A stretch of DNA of 64,000 nucleotides, taken from IMG/VR virus record IMGVR_UViG_3300042914_002334, positions 77,003 to 141,002 of that record; one strand, 5' to 3'. The translations under genes and the position numbers were made by a program. The first letter of the stretch is position 1; each line of letters starts with the position of its first letter. This stretch comes from a virus. Shown here one piece after another: positions 57,996 through 64,000 of the stretch. The notes beneath the pieces are model-generated. The model ran no database searches. It was given only the letters and a program-made list of their open reading frames with translations, and was not told the DNA's origin.

Positions 57996-59462
57996 ATGCC
58001 AATTACAGTAAATCAGCAATATGACGCCTACATACCGCTAACTAATGTGACCGATGCCACATTGAGTGGAACGGTTCCAACTGGACTATCGGTCAATATA
58101 GACATTTCAGGACAGCGAGTTACAATTAGTGGAGTTCCAACGATTACTGGACAGGCGTATAACTTTACTATATCAGCGACAAATTCTTGCAAGCCAAATT
58201 TTTCTAATACTACCACAGGAGCGGGAACCTTTTCTGGGTTTGTGGTAAATCCACCTCCACCTCCTCCTCCACCTCCACCTCCTCCCCCAACACAGTGTAT
58301 AGCGTTTAACAGTTTATATCCACCTGACGGACAGCCTACTGTATACAAGAAATCCCATGGAAATTATACTGCATTTCTGAACACATATGGTGTGTGGGAG
58401 GCAGTATATGTTGGAAGTTTTGACAGAACTTATACTTTCAATGCGCCTGTATCAGGCACATACACAGTTCTGTGCAGTTGCGATAATTTTGGTTTTGTAT
58501 ATATCAATGGGATTGAAGTTCTTCAGGCGCCCGACTTTGTCGCTGATTATTCAACGACTGTTTATCTCGATGCTGGAAATCATACCGTAAGAACATATGG
58601 AGTAAATTACCACGGAGAAGCGAGTATGGCAACAGTAATTACCTTGCCACAAAATTCTGGATGTGTTGGATTTCCAGGAACGACCCCGCCACCCGCCGCC
58701 TTTGATAGTCCAAATGGTGAATTTACTGGAATCAATGCCGGAGACGGTGGAGGGTACGACGCCACGCCCGATGGCGGCGGTGGGGGCGGAGAATGCTTCA
58801 AGATTGGAACCCTAATATCTATGGCCGACGGCTCATTTAAGAGAATAGAAGACATTTTAGTTGATGATATGGTGTTGTCAGCAGATGGAAAACGAATAAA
58901 CAAAGTCAGATATGTCGAGCATTCTTCTATTCTCGGAACTGCATATAAAACTTTCTATGCCCCAAAGGGAATCACTCCTTTTGCCACTGAAAATCATCCA
59001 ATAGTAGTAAATAAAAAATGGGTAAGTTCTAACGCCGAACTTTCTCAAAAGCTGTATCCTTGGATTGAAACTACTCAGTTGGAAGAATTTGATACTGAGC
59101 CCACTAACAATCAGATCGTTTGGAACATTTGGGTTGATGGGGATCACACTTATCAAGTCAATGGATTTGGAACAAACAGTCTTGTAGATGACGGCGGATG
59201 GCTAAGAATATCAGTCGAACAGGGATACATGACAAAAGATCAAATAACAGAAGTCACTCATGCAGTGTCTAATTCCAGTTCTGCGGTGGCATATGGAGCA
59301 CTTATACTAAGTAATTTGGTGGCAACAATCAATCTTCCCTTACTAACAAAATATGTTGCAGATATGATGTTAGGCAAAAAGTCTAAGGTTCCTATGAACA
59401 TTGCAATAATCACAGTCGGCTCTTTGGCGATGTATCTTAAAAAAATCAAAAATATTTTTTGA
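57996..59462 (+). CDS. fibre tip paralogue B: N-truncated Ig domain, poly-Pro, PA14-like domain, poly-Gly, Hint domain and hydrophobic tail
   Basis: paralogous to 56719 up to the poly-Gly; CFKIGTLISMADG (block A), ATENHP (block B), HTYQVNGFGTNS (C-terminal block). Confidence 0.8.
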   Translation: MPITVNQQYDAYIPLTNVTDATLSGTVPTGLSVNIDISGQRVTISGVPTITGQAYNFTISATNSCKPNFSNTTTGAGTFSGFVVNPPPPPPPPPPPPPTQCIAFNSLYPPDGQPTVYKKSHGNYTAFLNTYGVWEAVYVGSFDRTYTFNAPVSGTYTVLCSCDNFGFVYINGIEVLQAPDFVADYSTTVYLDAGNHTVRTYGVNYHGEASMATVITLPQNSGCVGFPGTTPPPAAFDSPNGEFTGINAGDGGGYDATPDGGGGGGECFKIGTLISMADGSFKRIEDILVDDMVLSADGKRINKVRYVEHSSILGTAYKTFYAPKGITPFATENHPIVVNKKWVSSNAELSQKLYPWIETTQLEEFDTEPTNNQIVWNIWVDGDHTYQVNGFGTNSLVDDGGWLRISVEQGYMTKDQITEVTHAVSNSSSAVAYGALILSNLVATINLPLLTKYVADMMLGKKSKVPMNIAIITVGSLAMYLKKIKNIF

Positions 59463-59506
59463 CATTATGTCACGATTAAATAAACTTAGTTGAAAAGGAA
59501 AAATAT

Positions 59507-59704
59507 ATGTTATTCAATACTACCGAAGCCGATTTCTTAAACAGAATGTCACTAATGTCTGACGATGGCAAGAAAAAGTTATACGATGGAATCAGTTTAG
59601 AAGCAGCAGAAATTATAGCCGCATTGTTTAATAAACATCCTGCTATCACTAACTTTTTGGCCAAAAAAAGAGAAGAAGCAGCAGCCTCACAACAAAATCA
59701 ATAA
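59507..59704 (+). CDS. small hypothetical protein, possible fibre assembly chaperone
   Basis: 65 aa, AAGGA SD, directly after fibre tip gene. Confidence 0.6.
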   Translation: MLFNTTEADFLNRMSLMSDDGKKKLYDGISLEAAEIIAALFNKHPAITNFLAKKREEAAASQQNQ

Positions 59705-59741
59705 TTTTTAGAAGCGATTAGATTCAGTGTAAATAGCGTAT

Positions 59742-61085
59742 ATGCAATTTACACCTATGAAATATCTGATAACTGCCAATTTCAACATAACCGCTCAAGA
59801 TGTCGAGAAATACTTCGCGTCTAATAATATAAACATATTGGAGCAATTCTCAAATCTAAAAAATACTTACTTGATTGAGACTTCGATAGATTCCTTTGAT
59901 AACAACATAGTAGAATACTACGAAGAAGATTCTGAATTGATTATGGCTCAACTTGGAACAAATTGTACAGAAATAACTGATGATGAGAGTAATTGGTGGA
60001 GGTTATCATCTCTCAACATCAATGACTTTAACAAACAAACCTACGCTCACTGTAAAAATTCTATACCAGTCAATGTCTACTTATTTGATGACGGCATCTC
60101 CGATCATATAGAATTCAACAATATCAGCGTAGAACGCTTGTATTCTTATGATGACAATTTTGATGATTCTACTGGGCACGGAACGCATGTGGCGTCACTT
60201 ATAGCAGGAAATACACTTAGTTTATCAAGAGTAAATCTTAAAGTAGTAAAAATATTTGGCCCTAAACCTACTATACTATCAGATTTGATAAAAGCATTAA
60301 ATGCGGTAGTAGGACATCATGAAAGTTTGAACACTACTTCAATATGTAATTTTAGTTTTTCAATCAAATCTGATTTCTTTGTAAATCAATTAAGAAGTCT
60401 GATGAATTCGGGACTAATAATAGTATCGGCTGCTGCGGAAGAGAATGATTTGGCAAAAGTCGAATCTTCTTACTATGTCGGCGCTTACGATAAAGACTTT
60501 AGACCGATGATTCAAGAGTCAATGCTAAGTTCAGTGAATACATATGCGCCAGGAGATAGTGTTCTCGCCGCAATAAATTCTAACGATTATGTAATGATGT
60601 CTGGCACATCGGTAAGTGCTGCTATACATACCTCTTGTCTTGCCTATGCAATTGGAAGTTATTACTCTAACAAGATTCCAAAATTGTCTAATGACGAATT
60701 TAATAATATCGCAAGACGAATAGCACTTACCGATACGAGTATGATTGACTTCGACGAGTTGTCAAAACCATCTGACTGTTCGATGAGCATGATAAAGTCT
60801 CAATCGTATAATGCCACTGATTTGGTGTTAGTCGATGACATTATAACAACTAACAAACAACATATAAATATCAAGTGCTTGATTACCAATCGTGTAAGCA
60901 ACATGTCTTACTCTGACCTACCAAATGGTTTGAGTATCATTGATGGGTGGATAACTGGAACCGTAGACGTTGATATAGATCACGGCGTTTCTCAAAGAAC
61001 ATATTATTCAATGATTCAATTTGAGTTATTGCATGAAAATGCAATAAATGCATTCACTCTTCCAATAACAATTTTTAAGGAATAA
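59742..61085 (+). CDS. subtilisin-like (S8) serine protease with prodomain and C-terminal Ig-like domain
   Basis: catalytic triad FDDG, GHGTHVAS, SGTS; late promoter TGTAAATA 6 nt upstream. Confidence 0.85.
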   Translation: MQFTPMKYLITANFNITAQDVEKYFASNNINILEQFSNLKNTYLIETSIDSFDNNIVEYYEEDSELIMAQLGTNCTEITDDESNWWRLSSLNINDFNKQTYAHCKNSIPVNVYLFDDGISDHIEFNNISVERLYSYDDNFDDSTGHGTHVASLIAGNTLSLSRVNLKVVKIFGPKPTILSDLIKALNAVVGHHESLNTTSICNFSFSIKSDFFVNQLRSLMNSGLIIVSAAAEENDLAKVESSYYVGAYDKDFRPMIQESMLSSVNTYAPGDSVLAAINSNDYVMMSGTSVSAAIHTSCLAYAIGSYYSNKIPKLSNDEFNNIARRIALTDTSMIDFDELSKPSDCSMSMIKSQSYNATDLVLVDDIITTNKQHINIKCLITNRVSNMSYSDLPNGLSIIDGWITGTVDVDIDHGVSQRTYYSMIQFELLHENAINAFTLPITIFKE

Positions 61086-61087
61086 TT

Positions 61088-61354
61088 ATGAGTTTCTTGA
61101 ACAAGTTAAAACAACGAAAACAGGAAGTAGAAAACAAAATCTACACAGTAGCCACAACCGTGGTAGATACCGTCAAAGAGCATGTAATACAGCCTGTAAT
61201 CCAATTGGATGAAAGTGCTGTAGAGCGTAGATTGGAAATATGCAGATCATGTGATTACTATATTAAAGATAGTAGTCGCTGTAGTTTGTGTGGATGCTTT
61301 ATGAACTTTAAAACCAGACTCACTCAATCAAGTTGTCCAATTGGAAAATGGTAA
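61088..61354 (+). CDS. small Cys-rich (metal-binding) protein
   Basis: RLEICRSC..RCSLCGCFM..K....SCPIGKW. Confidence 0.75.
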   Translation: MSFLNKLKQRKQEVENKIYTVATTVVDTVKEHVIQPVIQLDESAVERRLEICRSCDYYIKDSSRCSLCGCFMNFKTRLTQSSCPIGKW

Positions 61355-61405
61355 TTTGCTCAAAACGATTGACTCGAACATCGCGATTCTATTAGAATCA
61401 CGCAT

Positions 61406-61597
61406 ATGAGCGAACAAATAGAACAACCAATTTTTGATTTTAGTGCTCTGCCCCCAAAAAAGAAAAAGAATGTAGTAGATGATGTCAGAAACATTCTGAT
61501 AGTCGAGTTTTCGGGTGATAAGCAGGGTGAACAGCAAGCAAAACAACTATTTGAGGAATTGCGTGAGCGCGGTTTTAAATTAAAGATAATGACATGA
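61406..61597 (+). CDS. small partner protein of ABC-GNAT module
   Basis: LIVEF...EQQAKQLFEELRERGFKLKIM, a small alpha/beta domain directly upstream of the ATPase. Confidence 0.6.
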   Translation: MSEQIEQPIFDFSALPPKKKKNVVDDVRNILIVEFSGDKQGEQQAKQLFEELRERGFKLKIMT

Positions 61598-61687
61598 ATA
61601 GAAAAACGCATAATGCAAAATCTGCGTATATTAAAGCCTATATAGAACGTCACTCTAAAAAGTGCAAATTAGCAAAAGAGATTAATA

Positions 61688-62803
61688 ATGCAAACATTTG
61701 AAGTAACTCTAAAAACGCAGGCTCCAACAAGTTTTTATTGTTTGCGAGCAGCCAATAGTGTAGATTTAGATATTGAAAAGAAATTAACACATCATTTAAA
61801 GGTTACTGTTGATTTAGAAACGCCCTACAATGTAGGACTTATAATAGGAAACAGCGGTTCTGGCAAGTCAACTCTGGCAAAAACTATATGGGGCAATGAA
61901 TGTTTTGATTCATTGTTAAATTATGAGTTACCGGTAATTGACCAATTTGATGATTCGTATTCCTACGATGAACGAGTGCATTTTTTATCTGGTGTCGGAT
62001 TGGGGTCTCCAGTAACATGGATTCAGCCTGCAAAAACACTATCTAATGGACAACAATCAAGAGCCGAAGTCGCTCTTCAAATGGCCAGAACTGATGGAAA
62101 ATTTACCGTCATTGATGAATTTACATCAGTTGTTGATAGAACCGTTGCAAAAGCAATGAGTCATTCTGTTCAAAAAGTTGTCAGAAAAAATCAAAAGAGA
62201 ATCGTTCTAATCAGTTGTCATTATGACATAGTAGATTGGTTAAATCCAGATTGGATAATTGATTGTAATACTCAAGATTACATTGACCGGAGGTTGAAAT
62301 GTCCAAGGTATTCCGGGCCCGAGCAGCTTATTTTCAGGGTTAGAGAACTTCGAGAAACAAAAAGTTGGGCCTCCTTTAGCAGATATCATTATCTCTCCGA
62401 CAAATTAGCGGGTGGAAAAAATTATCTATTCGGGCTATTTACTGAAGAGGAACAGCAAATTGGATTTATAGCCTATAGCAATTATGTTCTTCACAAACAA
62501 GAACATAAAGACAAGAATCTTCCTATGATTATGCATGCCAATAGAATCGTGGTACACCCAGATTATTGTGGATTTGGTCTTGGAGGTAAATTGACAGACA
62601 TTACTGCTGATTACATGAAACATGTTTTAAAATATGATGTTCAAATAAAACTAAGTAGTGCCAGTATGGCTAACTTACTCAAGAAAAATACTCGTTGGGA
62701 ATTACGCGATGTCAGTAGAAATGTCAACAATATTTGGGGCAATCACGTTGGCAGAACAGGCCGTATAGACGTTAAGACTTATAGTTTTAAGTTTTTAGAC
62801 TAA
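61688..62803 (+). CDS. soluble ABC-type ATPase fused to GNAT acetyltransferase
   Basis: GNSGSGKST, LSNGQ, VIDEF, SCH; then YHYLS and RIVVHPDYCGFGLG acetyl-CoA motif. Confidence 0.85.
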   Translation: MQTFEVTLKTQAPTSFYCLRAANSVDLDIEKKLTHHLKVTVDLETPYNVGLIIGNSGSGKSTLAKTIWGNECFDSLLNYELPVIDQFDDSYSYDERVHFLSGVGLGSPVTWIQPAKTLSNGQQSRAEVALQMARTDGKFTVIDEFTSVVDRTVAKAMSHSVQKVVRKNQKRIVLISCHYDIVDWLNPDWIIDCNTQDYIDRRLKCPRYSGPEQLIFRVRELRETKSWASFSRYHYLSDKLAGGKNYLFGLFTEEEQQIGFIAYSNYVLHKQEHKDKNLPMIMHANRIVVHPDYCGFGLGGKLTDITADYMKHVLKYDVQIKLSSASMANLLKKNTRWELRDVSRNVNNIWGNHVGRTGRIDVKTYSFKFLD

Positions 62804-62814
62804 ATAAAATAAGT

Positions 62815-62925
62815 ATGAGCATACTTATTAAAACACTAATCTACGCCGTAATCGGAGTCATATTGTATCTGATGGTCTATGCACATGATAAATGGGTAGA
62901 TATCGATCCTGACGATAATATGTGA
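62815..62925 (+). CDS. 36-aa single-TM membrane protein (not in ORF track)
   Basis: MSILIKTLIYAVIGVILYLMVYAHDKWVDIDPDDNM. Confidence 0.5.
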   Translation: MSILIKTLIYAVIGVILYLMVYAHDKWVDIDPDDNM

Positions 62926-62950
62926 TATACTATTTTAAGGAGCCACGATT

Positions 62951-63304
62951 ATGTTTAAAAAAATATCTGTGGCGTTCCTATTCTGCTTAGCAAGCACCAT
63001 AGCCAACGCCCAGCAATTTGAAGTTCAAAGAACTTTACAATGTAGCACATTAGATGCGTTGATAAAAGTGTTGGAAAAGTTTGGAGAAACTCCTATATGG
63101 AGCGGAAAGAATAGTGCTGGACTTGTCACAATAATCACCGTAAATCCAACAACAAAGACATGGACATATTCCATGTCTGACGGTAAACAGGCATGTATTC
63201 TTGACTCTGGTGACGGATATAACATTGAGAAGCAGTCACGACAATCAGAGTCTGTCCCAAAACAAAAACAAAATCAAAAGTTAGTAGATATACAACACAA
63301 ATAA
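62951..63304 (+). CDS. secreted/periplasmic hypothetical protein
   Basis: signal peptide MFKKISVAFLFCLASTIANA; TAAGGAG SD; two mature Cys. Confidence 0.7.
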   Translation: MFKKISVAFLFCLASTIANAQQFEVQRTLQCSTLDALIKVLEKFGETPIWSGKNSAGLVTIITVNPTTKTWTYSMSDGKQACILDSGDGYNIEKQSRQSESVPKQKQNQKLVDIQHK

Positions 63305-63332
63305 TAATGTAGTATTTGCATAAATATTATTT

Positions 63333-63542
63333 ATGAGAATACTTGTAATTATGCTGCTTCTACTTGGCAGCGTTCTGTCACATGCGGCCGTTCGTTGGAA
63401 TCCTCATTACAGAGTCTGGGAAGGAAATGTCTGTATGAACAGTGCTGGTTGGCAAATTGTTGAATGGCAGCCACTAGGTAGTTTGTGTATCATAAATCTT
63501 CCAGGTTTAAGACCCATGCAGGGCATTATAGTGAATGTTTAA
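63333..63542 (+). CDS. small secreted protein
   Basis: signal peptide MRILVIMLLLLGSVLSHA; two Cys; late promoter CATAAATA 6 nt upstream. Confidence 0.65.
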   Translation: MRILVIMLLLLGSVLSHAAVRWNPHYRVWEGNVCMNSAGWQIVEWQPLGSLCIINLPGLRPMQGIIVNV

Positions 63543-63544
63543 TT

Positions 63545-63901
63545 ATGCCAGTAGATATAGATAAAACTAAGGGAATCATTGATACGCTAAAAGGAATGTC
63601 AAGCAAAGAATTGGCAGTCACGATATTTCTTATCGTTAGTGCTGTTATACTGGCGTTTTGGATTGAAGGTCGCTATGCAAAAATAGAAGAGACTCGTGCA
63701 GAGATACAAAAAACAGAAGCATATATAAGACGAACTGAAGCAGAAATAAAAAAGCACAAACACGAAATACTACAAATGCATATCAAGACTCTTGAACTAA
63801 TAAAGTTGCAGCCAAAGCACGTTCAAGAGTCTATAGATAGAAGCAGCAAGTTGTTTATGGAAAACTTCAGAAGATTGGAATCTTCTGAAGAACAGAAATA
63901 G
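63545..63901 (+). CDS. membrane-anchored coiled-coil protein (start revised to MPVDID at 63545)
   Basis: one TM segment LAVTIFLIVSAVILAFW followed by coiled coil. Confidence 0.65.
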   Translation: MPVDIDKTKGIIDTLKGMSSKELAVTIFLIVSAVILAFWIEGRYAKIEETRAEIQKTEAYIRRTEAEIKKHKHEILQMHIKTLELIKLQPKHVQESIDRSSKLFMENFRRLESSEEQK

Positions 63902-63914
63902 TTGACTGATAGCT

Positions 63915-64000
63915 ATGATAATTAGCGAAATAACTTCTATACAACAGAATTATTTTGTGGGAGGAAGTGAAGCACTTGACGTTGTTTCACCCTCTGAATA
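63915..64000 (+). CDS. partial CDS running off the window (MIISEITS...)
   Basis: open to window end; N-terminus resembles the capsid-targeting-like starts seen elsewhere. Confidence 0.45.
   Translation, partial: MIISEITSIQQNYFVGGSEALDVVSPSE

Noticed and set aside
56719-59462. Diversity-generating retroelement or invertase shufflon behind the paralogous tips
   Set aside because: No reverse transcriptase or recombinase in the window; differences are not adenine-specific; cassettes are co-oriented
61594-61701. 35-aa basic ORF (MNRKTHNAK...RHSKKCK...) overlapping both neighbours
   Set aside because: Too short and without a convincing motif; may be a coupling ORF or endonuclease remnant but cannot be supported
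61688-62803. ABC transporter
   Set aside because: No permease or binding protein; ATPase is fused to a GNAT domain
1-64000. Stop-codon reassignment
   Set aside because: Core genes are full length in code 11 and TAA, TGA and TAG all terminate genes
1-64000. tRNA or rRNA genes
   Set aside because: No cloverleaf with T-loop and acceptor stem recognised in the intergenic regions by eye; tRNAscan was not run

Overview
64 kb of an AT-rich, large T4-like (myovirus, probably jumbo-type) bacteriophage genome in the standard genetic code. 1-4 kb (minus strand): recombination/replication genes uvsY, uvsX, gp32. 3.9-22.5 kb (minus): head module with putative head-packaged cargo proteins, lytic transglycosylase, terminase gp17, capsid gp23, scaffold gp22, protease gp21, core protein, portal gp20 and a tape-measure-like gene, interrupted by one opposite-strand homing-endonuclease-like gene. 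22.6-24.3 kb: gp26-like tail chaperone with a predicted -1 frameshift, then a ~650-nt highly structured non-coding block. 24.3-29.2 kb (minus): Holliday resolvase-like nuclease, gp46, gp47, late sigma gp55. 29.3-59.7 kb (plus): baseplate and fibre genes, including a 3766-aa protein. 59.7-64 kb: subtilase, ABC-ATPase/GNAT fusion and small secreted or membrane proteins. No tRNA, CRISPR array or transposase was seen. Best candidates for undescribed biology: (1) a fibre protein carrying an orphan Ig beta-strand, followed by two paralogous tip proteins that lack exactly that strand and end in different Cys-initiated autoprocessing domains; (2) a set of tagged, probably protease-cleaved capsid cargo proteins including an RNA-ligase-like/HIGH nucleotidyltransferase fusion; (3) the lambda G/GT-style frameshift in the gp26-like gene; (4) a small late RNA and widespread leaderless late genes. 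All assignments come from motif recognition by eye; no searches were run.
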